64,000 bases of DNA from a virus (IMGVR_UViG_2622736592_000004:47726-111725), one strand, 5' to 3'; shown: positions 45,451-54,513, counted from the stretch's first letter. Notes: generated from the letters alone by a model not told the origin. A program made the numbers and translations.

Positions 45451-46535
45451 GCGGCGTTGATGTCGCGGTCGTGCGCCGTCTCGCAGTTGACGCATTTCCA
45501 TTCGCGGATCACGAGGGGCTTGGGGCCGTCCTTGAATCCGCAGGCGGAGCAGAGTTGCGAGGACGGGAAGAACCGGTCCACGCGGGCGAAGGTGCGGCCG
45601 TACCGGGCAGCCTTGTACTCCAACATGCCCACGAACTGGGACCAACCCGCGTCGTGTACGGATTTCGCAAGCCGGGTGCGGGCAAGACCCGACACGCACA
45701 GGTCCTCGACGTACACCGCTTGGTTGTCGCGGATGATCGCCGTGGACAGCTTGTGCTGCCAGTCCCGCCGGGTATCGGCCACCCGCGCATGAGCGCGTGC
45801 AACCTTCACGACGGCCTTCTTGCGGTTGTTCGACCCGCGCTGTTTGCGCGAGAGATCCTGCTGCAACCGGCGCAGCTTGCGGGCGGCCCGCCGTAGGAAC
45901 TTCGGCGCGGCGACCTTCGTGCCGTCGGATAGGACCGCGAAGTGGGTTAGCCCCAGGTCGATGCCGACCTCGGAGCCGACCGGCGGCAACGTCTCGTCCT
46001 CGGCCGTGGCCACCATGAACGACGCGAAGTATCGGCCAGCGGTGTCCTTGACCACAGTCACGGACGATGGGGTCGACGGCAACGCCCGCGACCAGCGCAC
46101 GGAGATTTCCCCGACCTTCGGCAGGCGCAACTTCCCGCCCTTGGTGATGGAGAAACAGTCGGATTTGGTGTACTTGGCGGTCTGCCGGTTGTCCTTTCGC
46201 GACCGGAATCGGGGCGCTCCAACCTTGGGCCCCTTGCGTTTTCCAGACAGTGAGTCGAAGTAGTTCCGATAGGCCGCGTCCAGGTCCCGTAACGCCTGCT
46301 GCATGACACCAACGGGGGCGTTGGATAGCCACGCCCGCTCGGGCGTCTTCTTCGCCTGCGTGATGAGCCGCTTGGACAGGTCCCCGGACTTCGGAAACGG
46401 CTGACCTGAAGCGTGGGCCTCCTCGCGTGCCCGCAGTCCGTCGTTGTACACCGTCCGCGCACACCCGAACGTCCGGGCGAGCGCTGTGCGCTGGCCGGGC
46501 GTCGGGTAGACGCGGAAGTTGTACCGAAGAAGCAT
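45378..46535 (-). CDS. tnpB: RNA-guided endonuclease TnpB
   Basis: 'YNFRVYPT', RuvC 'GIDLG', 'VEDL', 'DRDINAA', Zn 'CSAC...CVNC'; catalytic D-E-D intact. Confidence 0.95.
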   Translation of the reverse strand: MLLRYNFRVYPTPGQRTALARTFGCARTVYNDGLRAREEAHASGQPFPKSGDLSKRLITQAKKTPERAWLSNAPVGVMQQALRDLDAAYRNYFDSLSGKRKGPKVGAPRFRSRKDNRQTAKYTKSDCFSITKGGKLRLPKVGEISVRWSRALPSTPSSVTVVKDTAGRYFASFMVATAEDETLPPVGSEVGIDLGLTHFAVLSDGTKVAAPKFLRRAARKLRRLQQDLSRKQRGSNNRKKAVVKVARAHARVADTRRDWQHKLSTAIIRDNQAVYVEDLCVSGLARTRLAKSVHDAGWSQFVGMLEYKAARYGRTFARVDRFFPSSQLCSACGFKDGPKPLVIREWKCVNCETAHDRDINAARNIRTEGHKVAVGRAETANACGG

Positions 46536-46583
46536 GGTCCCATTGTAGCTCCATTATGGGACCACTGCCAGAATGGGACCATG
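46533..46583. promoter_or_regulatory. Mirror-symmetric divergent leaderless promoters with three ATGGGACCA boxes
   Basis: Perfect IR CATGGTCCCATT/AATGGGACCATG containing both start codons; TACAAT and CAGAAT each 6 nt before ATG. Confidence 0.7.
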
Positions 46584-46787
46584 ACGAAGCATGTGAACCT
46601 GCGGCTCCCGGACGACGTGCACGCACTCGCCGTGGCTGCTGCTGCGGCTGACGACCGCTCTCTGAACTCATGGCTGATCTCCGTAGTGCGACGTGCTGCC
46701 GAAGCCTCCGAGACGTCGGATCGCCCTGACGGCGATCCGACGTCTCCTGCCCCGCTACGCGGGAAGACGGATTCACCCCCGCCCTGA
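46581..46787 (+). CDS. Arc/HicB-like ribbon-helix-helix protein
   Basis: 'HVNLRLPDDVHALAVAAAAADDRSLNSWL'. Confidence 0.85.
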   Translation: MTKHVNLRLPDDVHALAVAAAAADDRSLNSWLISVVRRAAEASETSDRPDGDPTSPAPLRGKTDSPPP

Positions 46788-47339
46788 AGGCTGGGGAACC
46801 CTGCGACGCTTGTGGTCGCGGCGCTCGTCCTCGGACATGCCGCCGGCAACCCCGAACGGCTGGCTGCCGAGCGCCCACTCCAGGCACTCGTTCTTGACGG
46901 GGCAGCGGCGGCACACCGCCTTGGCCTGCTCGACCTGCAACAGGGCGGGACCGGAGGTGCCGACGGGGAAGAACAGCTCGGCAGGCTTGTCGCGGCAGGC
47001 ACCACGGGTGCGGAAGTCGTCCTCGGCGGCGGTGCGACGGATCTGGGCGACGACGCGCGGCTGCCCGGTGGGGTCGGCGGCCGGCGCGGACGGGGCCACC
47101 TGGACCGGTGCGGCCGGCGCGGGAGTGAGGCCGAGAACGGCGTACATGTCGTCACGCCACCGGCGGGCCGCCACCATTTCCGGGGTGGGGCGGGTGGGGT
47201 CGGCGTTGGTGGGCACGCCGTGCATGTCGCAGGCGATCTCGGAGAGGATGCGGCGGACGGCGGCGTCCCGGTCGGCCGTGCTGTTGGTGGGGAGGACGCG
47301 GGTGGTGGCGAGCGCCCCGTCGATGCTGAGCGCAGCCAT
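46773..47339 (-). CDS. whiB: WhiB-family (WhiB1/WblE-like) Fe-S regulator with N-terminal extension
   Basis: Four Cys in 'ACRD..ELFFPVG.SGPA...CRRCPV..EC', turn motif GVAGG; 3' end runs into the IS left end. Confidence 0.85.
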   Translation of the reverse strand: MAALSIDGALATTRVLPTNSTADRDAAVRRILSEIACDMHGVPTNADPTRPTPEMVAARRWRDDMYAVLGLTPAPAAPVQVAPSAPAADPTGQPRVVAQIRRTAAEDDFRTRGACRDKPAELFFPVGTSGPALLQVEQAKAVCRRCPVKNECLEWALGSQPFGVAGGMSEDERRDHKRRRVPQPSGRG

Positions 47340-48388
47340 CAGGCACCCACCGCCACACGCTCGGCCGGGAACTCGTCCCAGGTGCGCTCGTCTAGAAGCC
47401 GGCCGGCGCGCTTCTTGCCCATCCGCCACGGCTCGTCCCGGTCCCACGCCCCCGTGCCGTGCGCGATGTCCCAGTCCATGAACGTGCCCTCGGGCATCTG
47501 CGACGGCGGAACGTGGTCGCCCCACTGCTTGAAGAAGAACGCCGTTCCCGACTCCTGGCACTGGTCGCGCAGGTCCCGCACCCAAGCCGGGCTCATCGGC
47601 CGGGCACCCGGGCCGGACTCGCCGCCGGCGATGACCCAGTCGATGCGGGGCAGGTCGGTCAGGCGGTCCCTGTACTCCTCGGCGGGGTTGCCGACAGCCG
47701 GCCACCACTCTCCGGTGAGCGGGTTGTGGACTCCCGCGAATCCCTGCCGGGACGGCGGTGCCCAGTTGGACTGCTCCAGGTCGACGGGGCCGAGCAGGGG
47801 CTCCATCGACAGGAACCGCACGGCGGCCGGGGTGTCGAGCAGCGCGGGGATGCGCCGGTCGGCGGTCGCCTGGTCCTCGACGCTCGTGCCGAGCCACACG
47901 TTCGGCAGCGGCCACGGCGCGGCGGCGATTGCCTGCGCGGTAATCGCGTCCTGCTCGGTCAGCGGCGGGCGTCCCGGAATCACGGAGCCGACGACACGGG
48001 CCATGCGCTCGGGCCGCTTGGTGAGGATCTGGTAGGTGTGCTGCGGGGTAGCGGCCATGACCGCGAAGACGCGAGCGACGAACTCGGCGGGCACCCGGGC
48101 GTGGAACAGGTCCGACATCGAGTTGACGAACACGGTGCGCGGCTTGCGCCACGTCAGCGGCAGCCGCAGCGCGTCGGCGTGGACGGCCACGCCGAAGCCG
48201 GGGCCGGAGGTGCGCGGGTCGCCGTCGGTCTGGTACTTCGCCGAGCCCATCGCCTTGAGGCGCTTGGCGAGGGTGAGGGCGTAGCAGTTGTCGCAGCCGG
48301 CGGAGATCCGGTCGCACCCGGTGGTCGGGTTCCAGGTGACGCCCACCGTGCCTTCGCGGTGGGTCCACTCGATCGAGGTGTCAGCCAT
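47339..48388 (-). CDS. DUF5131 (phage Gp37/Gp68) protein
   Basis: 'TSIEWT', 'GCDRISAGCDNCYA', 'FVNSMSDLFH', 'GGESG', 'FFFKQWG'. Confidence 0.9.
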   Translation of the reverse strand: MADTSIEWTHREGTVGVTWNPTTGCDRISAGCDNCYALTLAKRLKAMGSAKYQTDGDPRTSGPGFGVAVHADALRLPLTWRKPRTVFVNSMSDLFHARVPAEFVARVFAVMAATPQHTYQILTKRPERMARVVGSVIPGRPPLTEQDAITAQAIAAAPWPLPNVWLGTSVEDQATADRRIPALLDTPAAVRFLSMEPLLGPVDLEQSNWAPPSRQGFAGVHNPLTGEWWPAVGNPAEEYRDRLTDLPRIDWVIAGGESGPGARPMSPAWVRDLRDQCQESGTAFFFKQWGDHVPPSQMPEGTFMDWDIAHGTGAWDRDEPWRMGKKRAGRLLDERTWDEFPAERVAVGA

Positions 48389-48590
48389 GGGTGGCCTCCT
48401 GCGTGGTTGGGGTGTGGTTGGTGAGGGTGGTGATCTGGACGGCAACAGCGAGCGCGGCCGACAGGTCCAAGGCGTCCAGCGGGTCGAACCGTCGGCCGTT
48501 GAGGTAGACCCAGCCGTCGGTGACAGTGACGGTGTCCCCGCGCTGGCCGACGAACGGCAGCCGCGAGCGGGTCAGAGTCCGCTCAGCCAC
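48381..48590 (-). CDS. Hypothetical protein
   Basis: Coupled small ORF. Confidence 0.5.
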   Translation of the reverse strand: MAERTLTRSRLPFVGQRGDTVTVTDGWVYLNGRRFDPLDALDLSAALAVAVQITTLTNHTPTTQEATHG

Positions 48591-49095
48591 CGTGCACCGC
48601 CGACAGGTCCGTGATCGTCACCGTCAGGCCGCCGTGCTTCGACTCCAGCCGTCTGGCGGTCAGCGGATCCGCACCAGCGATCACGTCACGCCACAGCGGG
48701 CCGATCGCCAGAGACGTGGACTCCAAGAACTCGGGGGTGTCGTTGGCGATCAACGTCCAACCGGGGGCCGCCGCACCCTTCGGCTTCTTCGCGGTGGGGG
48801 CCTGCACGAACGGCGGCCCGAATGCGTCGATGACGGGCTTGGCGGTGTCGGCGTAGTTGAGGGCGTCCCGGTGGTGGTTGGTTTGGAAGTGGAAGACGAA
48901 GCCGAGGCGGATGCGGGCGAGGTTGCGGGGGAGCCGGTGGAGTTGGGCGGCTTCGTAGCCGGCTTTCCGCCATGCGGCGCGGTTGGCGGAGCTGGCGCGG
49001 GGGCCGTTGCGGTGGGAGTCGTTGGCGCTCCACAGGGCGACGGGGGCGGGGATGAGTAGCGTCCACGTGCGGACGTCGGTCGCGGCGGCGGTCAC
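48583..49095 (-). CDS. RusA-like Holliday junction resolvase
   Basis: 'SAN', 'RDALNY..TAKPVIDA...IANDT'. Confidence 0.65.
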   Translation of the reverse strand: MTAAATDVRTWTLLIPAPVALWSANDSHRNGPRASSANRAAWRKAGYEAAQLHRLPRNLARIRLGFVFHFQTNHHRDALNYADTAKPVIDAFGPPFVQAPTAKKPKGAAAPGWTLIANDTPEFLESTSLAIGPLWRDVIAGADPLTARRLESKHGGLTVTITDLSAVHGG

Positions 49096-49199
49096 CGGTC
49101 CCACCTCTTGTCGTTGGTGTCGACGTACAGCCAGGTGAGGCCGCCGATCACGGCGATAGCAACGACGGCGATGCAGGCGATCGCCTTGAGTGCGGTCAT
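49092..49199 (-). CDS. Single-TM small protein
   Basis: Hydrophobic 35-aa ORF, coupled on both sides. Confidence 0.5.
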   Translation of the reverse strand: MTALKAIACIAVVAIAVIGGLTWLYVDTNDKRWDR

Positions 49200-49444
49200 C
49201 GCGGGCTTCCCCTCAAGATGCGCCGCTGGGCGCGGTTTGGGTGGGTGACGGTGCCCCGCCGGGCCTGCCGGTTCGGCGGCTGCCCGTGGTCGAACCCAGC
49301 GGTGCAGTCGATCGGGCCGTTGTCGTTCCACCCGAGCTGCTTGCGGGTGTCGCAGTGGTGCCCGTCGTGCCCGTTACGGCGGGTGCACTCGGCGAGGGTG
49401 GGGAAGTCCTCGTCGTTGGAGGCGAGGCAGAAGACGGCAGTCAT
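49196..49444 (-). CDS. Hypothetical protein
   Basis: 'C...CTRRNGHDGHH' motif; coupled. Confidence 0.5.
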   Translation of the reverse strand: MTAVFCLASNDEDFPTLAECTRRNGHDGHHCDTRKQLGWNDNGPIDCTAGFDHGQPPNRQARRGTVTHPNRAQRRILRGSPR

Positions 49445-49680
49445 CGGCCCACCACCCGCACCGGCTCGGTGACGGTGATGCGGATGGCCACCCCGTCGTC
49501 GGTGGCGTGCACCGTCGCCCAGTCGGCGGGCAAGGACGTCCCAACCCCAAGGCCGTTCAGGTTCATGTACTCGGCGCGGGCGGCATCCCATGCCGCACCC
49601 AGCTCGCCGACGGCCGATCCGTCGCGGACCTCGTACTGGATGGTGCGGACGGTGGACTCGCTGCGGTCCCAGGCGGCCAT
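49441..49680 (-). CDS. Hypothetical protein
   Basis: Coupled ORF. Confidence 0.55.
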   Translation of the reverse strand: MAAWDRSESTVRTIQYEVRDGSAVGELGAAWDAARAEYMNLNGLGVGTSLPADWATVHATDDGVAIRITVTEPVRVVGR

Positions 49681-50009
49681 CAGGCATTCACCGCCACTGG
49701 TGCAGGCTGTCCGGTCGCGTCGGCGTACGCCTGGGCGAGACTGCGTAGGGCGTTGCGGGCTGCCGCGTTCTGCTCGTACAGACGGTCACGCTGGGCGGCA
49801 ACCTCGGCCACCTCGCCGCCGAGGAACGCAACAAGCCGGGCGGTGTCGGCGTCGTCGAGCACAACCGAGTGGCCGTCGTTGCCGCCGGGCGGGGCGATCC
49901 ACGCCGACAGCTGGCCGTCGTCGGTGCGCTCCACGTTGAGGGTCGACCCGGCCTTGTCGGCGATGGTGAGGGCGGTGAACGCGTCACCGCTCACGAGGTG
50001 GGAGGTCAC
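49680..50009 (-). CDS. Hypothetical protein
   Basis: Coupled ORF. Confidence 0.55.
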   Translation of the reverse strand: MTSHLVSGDAFTALTIADKAGSTLNVERTDDGQLSAWIAPPGGNDGHSVVLDDADTARLVAFLGGEVAEVAAQRDRLYEQNAAARNALRSLAQAYADATGQPAPVAVNA

Positions 50010-50569
50010 GCGGCCACCCCCGCGACCTGCTCGGCGGCCTCCATCGCCTCACGGGCGGCGTAGAACTCCGACAGCTTCCGCGACTCCCACGAGCACCGCT
50101 CCGTGTCGAAACCGCTGTCCGAGGTGCCCGGCTCGGCCGCGTACGACGCCCACAGGGTGCCGTCGTGCTCGAACAGCCTGCACTGGCTGATCGTCCAGCC
50201 GAACTCCCGATCCCGGGGCAGCCAGCACGCGCGGGGAAGCCCGTGCTTCTCCATGGCGTCCCGGACGTCGACCGGCTGGTGGTTGGCCAGCCACTCGCGG
50301 GCACTCTCGCCCGGCTTCCCGCGCCGGGGCTCCAGGTTGCCGCGCACCACCCGCCACCCGTCGGGCACGTGGTCGCCCTGCTGCTCGATCGCGGTCAGTT
50401 GCGTGGGGATGCCGGAGAAACCGGAGGTGCGGACGAACACTCGCGGCCCGGCACCGAGGGCCTTCACGTCGGCGGCGATGCGCTTGCCCATCTCGGCGCG
50501 GTCGGCGACAGCTCTCCGGTAGGCGGCGACGATGGTCGGGTCGCTGGTGGCGTACACGTGCTCGCTCAT
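50006..50569 (-). CDS. Hypothetical protein
   Basis: SD CAGGAGG; coupled. Confidence 0.6.
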   Translation of the reverse strand: MSEHVYATSDPTIVAAYRRAVADRAEMGKRIAADVKALGAGPRVFVRTSGFSGIPTQLTAIEQQGDHVPDGWRVVRGNLEPRRGKPGESAREWLANHQPVDVRDAMEKHGLPRACWLPRDREFGWTISQCRLFEHDGTLWASYAAEPGTSDSGFDTERCSWESRKLSEFYAAREAMEAAEQVAGVAA

Positions 50570-51108
50570 GCGTTGACCTCCTGCTGGTTGGGGGTGTGGT
50601 TGGCGAATGCGCCGTCAGCGGTGATCAGCACCCACCCGTGGACGGCGTGAAGAACAGGAATGAGGGCCGGGTCGTCGGACTGCCGGATCGCCCACCCGAA
50701 CTCGCGGGCCTCCACCCGGAACTGCTCGACGTGCAGGTGGCATCCGGTCGTCGCAGACCCGCACAGAACGATCAAGTTGTGGGGCTGGTTCGTGTCCGGC
50801 CGTGACGTGCCACCGGCACCACGTGCCCGACGGTGCTGGACACTCCAGCCGATGCCACGGGCACCGGTGAGGACGCCCCCGCAGCGCACACACCGGCCGC
50901 CGTCGCGGGCGAACACTGCGGCCACCACGTCGGCGGCGGGGCCGGTGTCACGGGGCCGACGCTTGGGGGCGGGGGCCGCCAGGCGCGGCGACATGCCACG
51001 CCCGACGGTCCCGTTGGTGAGCGTCGAGAACGGGTTGGTGTTGCCCTGCTCGGCGAGCTGCTGCCGGCGCTTCGGGCTCATCGCACGGAGGGGAGTACGG
51101 CGCTCCAT
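50566..51108 (-). CDS. HNH endonuclease
   Basis: 'RDGGRCVRC...QHRR...NLIVLCG....GCH'. Confidence 0.85.
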   Translation of the reverse strand: MERRTPLRAMSPKRRQQLAEQGNTNPFSTLTNGTVGRGMSPRLAAPAPKRRPRDTGPAADVVAAVFARDGGRCVRCGGVLTGARGIGWSVQHRRARGAGGTSRPDTNQPHNLIVLCGSATTGCHLHVEQFRVEAREFGWAIRQSDDPALIPVLHAVHGWVLITADGAFANHTPNQQEVNA

Positions 51109-51455
51109 CAGTGACCCGCAACCGAATACATCGACCGCACCGACGCGTTAACGCTCTGCCAAGCGCGCAACTCCAACTCCAGCGCCTTCGCCTGCCGATC
51201 CGCATACCGGTACGCCACATCGGCGGCGTCACGGACCGCCCGCTGCTCCACCGTCGCCAGCTCGGCCGCATACTTCTTCTCGTGCGCGGGGCCGGCATGG
51301 TCCATGTAGGCGCGGGCGAACGCCTTGTCGTAGGCGGCATCGGCCTTGAGGTATCCGTCGTACCGCTCCGAGCAGACCCGCACCCCGTTGGCGATGCGGT
51401 CCGAGCAGGATCGGATGGCGGCCTCAATGTCGACCGGGTTGAGGACGTCGCTCAC
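51108..51455 (-). CDS. Helical protein of the recombination module
   Basis: Coupled between the Gp3-like and HNH genes. Confidence 0.65.
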   Translation of the reverse strand: MSDVLNPVDIEAAIRSCSDRIANGVRVCSERYDGYLKADAAYDKAFARAYMDHAGPAHEKKYAAELATVEQRAVRDAADVAYRYADRQAKALELELRAWQSVNASVRSMYSVAGH

Positions 51456-52633
51456 TGGATCTGGCCCTTCTCGACCTCGGCGAGGAACGTCTCCATGTCG
51501 AAGCCGTTTATCTCGTCGGACACCTTCTTGAAACGGCTGTAGATGCGCTCCTCAAGGGCCGCCGAGTTCCACTTCCGCTTCCCGGCGGCAGCCTGGATTT
51601 GCACCCACAGGGCGTCCTTGTCCGGCTCGATCTCCACGTCGACCGGCTCGCCGCTGGAATCCGTCGCGGTCACCTTCGGGCCGGCGGCGGACGCCTCCGG
51701 GGCCGGCTGCGGCTTCGCGTCGCCCAACTCCCCGGCGCGCTCCGACAGTGCCTTCTTCGCCGCGCCGGTCAGGACGCCATCCCGGGCGGCGTCCTTCCAA
51801 AGGTCCTGCAACTGGGGGATGGTCTTGACCATGCCGGCCAGCCGCACCACCTCCGCCTCGGTCAGCTTCTCCGGGTCCTGCGGCGTCTCCGGCGCGGCAC
51901 CGATCGCGGCGAGATGCTGCGCGACCATCGCCTGTCGGGCGGCGTGGGCGATCTGCCCGCCGAACGCCTGCGCGGGGGTGACGAACTCGAAGTGCAGCAC
52001 CGGCACCATGAACGTCCGCGACTCGATCTGCTCGTTCTGCGGCCGGTTCGGGTGGAACAGCTTCTTCTCCCGCAACTGCAACTCCAGGCGGGCGGGGATC
52101 GGCTGGGCGGCGGCGGCAATCGACTCGGCGAGCATCGGCAGCTCGGCGGCGGCATTCCAGCCGTGCGACTCCAGCTTCCAAGTGCCCAGCGACGGAACGT
52201 CGGCGAGCATCAGCGACATGCGGGTGGTCGGCTTACACGCCTCGGCCGGCTTCAACTCCCGTCCGGCGGCGCGAGCAGCGGCGCACAGGCACACCTGCTG
52301 GCGGATCCGCTCGGTTTCCCCGTCACACATGCGGCTGCGGAAGCCGTTGCCCCACAGCTCGTAGTTCGGGTCGATCTGCTGTGGCGGCACCAGCACCGGA
52401 ATGTTCTTCGCCTGGGTGACCACCTCAAACTGGGGTCCGGTGTTGTGCTGCCACGGCTTCACCGTCCCCCCGTACAGGGAGGCGACGGCCTCGATGAGGG
52501 TCTGTGAGGGGGAGGTGAAGCGGAGGGTTTCCAGCTTGGCCGGGTAGTTCTTGCCGCGCTGGGAGACGCGCTGCTCGCCGAGGCGGATGACACCAACCTG
52601 GGTGAGGCGACGCTGCAAGGTCTTGATGGGCAT
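51452..52633 (-). CDS. Recombination protein (Gp3/RDF-like, probable annealase)
   Basis: 'LQRRL...G.IRLG...PAKL..RFTS', 'CDGE', 'CKPTTR'; next to the exonuclease. Confidence 0.7.
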   Translation of the reverse strand: MPIKTLQRRLTQVGVIRLGEQRVSQRGKNYPAKLETLRFTSPSQTLIEAVASLYGGTVKPWQHNTGPQFEVVTQAKNIPVLVPPQQIDPNYELWGNGFRSRMCDGETERIRQQVCLCAAARAAGRELKPAEACKPTTRMSLMLADVPSLGTWKLESHGWNAAAELPMLAESIAAAAQPIPARLELQLREKKLFHPNRPQNEQIESRTFMVPVLHFEFVTPAQAFGGQIAHAARQAMVAQHLAAIGAAPETPQDPEKLTEAEVVRLAGMVKTIPQLQDLWKDAARDGVLTGAAKKALSERAGELGDAKPQPAPEASAAGPKVTATDSSGEPVDVEIEPDKDALWVQIQAAAGKRKWNSAALEERIYSRFKKVSDEINGFDMETFLAEVEKGQIQ

Positions 52634-52651
52634 TGGGGTCTCCTCGGAAGA

Positions 52652-53686
52652 TCAGGCGGCGGCGGGGGCCGGCTCGGCGGCGGACTGCTTGGCGGCCTTC
52701 CGCGCGCGGGCGGCAACGGTTTCGGGCAGCACGAACGTGTGCGATGACACGGCAGCCGCACCCTCTTCGATCAGCCACTTCGTGAGGCCGAGCGCGTACA
52801 GGAATCCCCGCCGGTAGGTGCGTTCGGTGGTTACCGCCAGGCGGGGCGTGACCCCGTCGGGGCGAAGCTGAATGAGCATTCCGCCGTCGGTCGGCAGCAT
52901 GGGGTGGTCAACGTCGTCGCCCTTGATCCGGATGACGGGGGCGTGCCGGTAGCCGGTCAACTGCAACGCCTGCTCCGGGTAGAACTTCGGCCCCTCACCC
53001 TCGCGGGTCTTGAAGTCGACCAGCAGATCCACGGTGAGGCCGAGTTTCACGGCGCGCTTGGCCTGTATCTGCGTCACCCGCGACACCAGCTTCGCGGCGG
53101 CCGGGGTGGCGTCGGCCCGGAACCGGATCACCCCATCGGTCGTCCCTGCATACCCGGCACCCTTGTTGATGACGAGAGCTTCGGAGGCGAGGAACGATTC
53201 GGGGGTCAACCCGTACTCGGCGACGAACGCCTCGAACGCCTTCACGTAGGGGGCGATGTCGGCGTCGTAGGGCTTGATCTGGCCGTGGTACGACCACCAT
53301 TCGATGACGTCGTGGGTGCGGGTGCCTTCGTCGGCGCGGCGGGCTGAGTGCTCGATGTGTCGTTCGGACAGCCACCGGGCGATGCACGCTTTGCATTCGC
53401 GGCAGGCGCAGTTGTCGCAGCGGGTGGTGTTGTCGTGGTCGCAGCGGCGGCCGGTGTTCCCGCACGGCTTGGTGCGGGAGGCGATGACGATGGAGGGGAG
53501 TTCGGCGAACACGGCCGCTACGGCCTGGTTCGCGGCGTACCGGAGGAGAGCGTCTTTGGCGATGACGCCGGTGACGGTGGTGCAGGACAGCAGCCGGGCG
53601 TCACCGATGAGGTAGTAGCGCCGGTCGTCGACTTCTTCGACGCCGTGGAAGGTCGGCGAGATGTGCCGATCGGCGATGGTGTTCAT
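52652..53686 (-). CDS. PD-(D/E)XK exonuclease (RecE/Cas4-like) with a Cys-rich insert
   Basis: 'GTRTHD', 'YAGTTD', 'VDFKT', 'ALQL..Y'. Confidence 0.8.
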   Translation of the reverse strand: MNTIADRHISPTFHGVEEVDDRRYYLIGDARLLSCTTVTGVIAKDALLRYAANQAVAAVFAELPSIVIASRTKPCGNTGRRCDHDNTTRCDNCACRECKACIARWLSERHIEHSARRADEGTRTHDVIEWWSYHGQIKPYDADIAPYVKAFEAFVAEYGLTPESFLASEALVINKGAGYAGTTDGVIRFRADATPAAAKLVSRVTQIQAKRAVKLGLTVDLLVDFKTREGEGPKFYPEQALQLTGYRHAPVIRIKGDDVDHPMLPTDGGMLIQLRPDGVTPRLAVTTERTYRRGFLYALGLTKWLIEEGAAAVSSHTFVLPETVAARARKAAKQSAAEPAPAAA

Positions 53687-53880
53687 CAGTGGTCGCACCT
53701 CGCGTCGTCGTCCAGGTAGGCGGTGATGCAGGCGGGCTGCCAGCAGAGGGCGAGTAGCCCTGCCACGGCACGCCCGCAGGTGGGGCACGTGTAGGTGGGT
53801 CCGGGTCCGGGCGGCATGCCCGGCGGGTCACCGAACGGGGGCAGCGGCGGAAGGTCGGGGATGACGACGGGGGCGGTCAC
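53686..53880 (-). CDS. Small Zn-finger protein
   Basis: 'CPTC...CWQPAC'; coupled. Confidence 0.5.
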   Translation of the reverse strand: MTAPVVIPDLPPLPPFGDPPGMPPGPGPTYTCPTCGRAVAGLLALCWQPACITAYLDDDARCDH

Positions 53881-54128
53881 AGGTAACCTCGGTCCGTCTT
53901 CGGCAGCGCCCTGTCGAGGTAGGCGCGCACCGCCGGATGCACCGCCTCGCCAGCGTCGTAGTTGACATCCCCGGCGTCGAAAACGGCCTGCGTCAGGGTG
54001 CCGAGAGACGTGAGGCTGTTGCGGTGCTCGGCAAGCTGGATGCGCAGTGCCTCCAACGCGAGCGGGTTGAACTCGGATCGCAAGGCAGCGACTAGGGCAA
54101 CGTACGAGGGGCTGCTGGCCTGGCTCAT
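53877..54128 (-). CDS. Hypothetical protein
   Basis: Coupled ORF. Confidence 0.55.
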   Translation of the reverse strand: MSQASSPSYVALVAALRSEFNPLALEALRIQLAEHRNSLTSLGTLTQAVFDAGDVNYDAGEAVHPAVRAYLDRALPKTDRGYL

Positions 54129-54331
54129 GCGGCCACCGCCGGACCGTTGGGGCAGGTGCCGCAGTCCGGGCCCGTCGACCCTTCCGGGCCGCAGTACACG
54201 CACAGGGCGTCCAGCTCGGCGGCCCGCTCCGCCTCGTGCTGGGCGTGCGTGTACTGCTCGTACGTCTGCGGGGTGCGCTTGCGGATCGGGACGACGGTCG
54301 CCGTGGACGGCTCACCCAGGACGGCGGTCAC
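54125..54331 (-). CDS. Small Zn-finger protein
   Basis: 'CVYC...CGTC'; coupled. Confidence 0.55.
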   Translation of the reverse strand: MTAVLGEPSTATVVPIRKRTPQTYEQYTHAQHEAERAAELDALCVYCGPEGSTGPDCGTCPNGPAVAA

Positions 54332-54513
54332 TTCGCCACCTCGTACTTCTTCCAGAAGTTCTCCAGCCGCACGTGGGTCAGCCGGGAGCCCTTGGCGAGC
54401 GCCTTGAGGGTCACGCTGTCGATGCCGGACGGGCCGGTGCTGCCGAAAACCAGCACCTCGGCTCCGTCGCTGATGCGCCGGTAGCTACCCGGTTCGGGGC
54501 GTAGGTAGGACAT
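54328..54513 (-). CDS. Hypothetical protein, first gene after the cassette-2 leftward promoter
   Basis: 61-aa ORF with SD GGAG. Confidence 0.6.
   Translation of the reverse strand: MSYLRPEPGSYRRISDGAEVLVFGSTGPSGIDSVTLKALAKGSRLTHVRLENFWKKYEVAK

Larger units (their letters stand above)
45260..46810 (-). mobile_element. Non-autonomous IS200/IS605-family element (tnpB + RHH, no tnpA)
   Basis: Right end GAAT-hairpin-GAGGACGTCAA ending at 45260; related left-end hairpin at ~46776-46796; exact left junction unresolved. Confidence 0.8.

Noticed and set aside
46727-46745. 'DGDPT' in the RHH tail resembling the GDPTDL tail of the Phd-like proteins
   Set aside because: Five residues in a low-complexity tail, not terminal; probably coincidence
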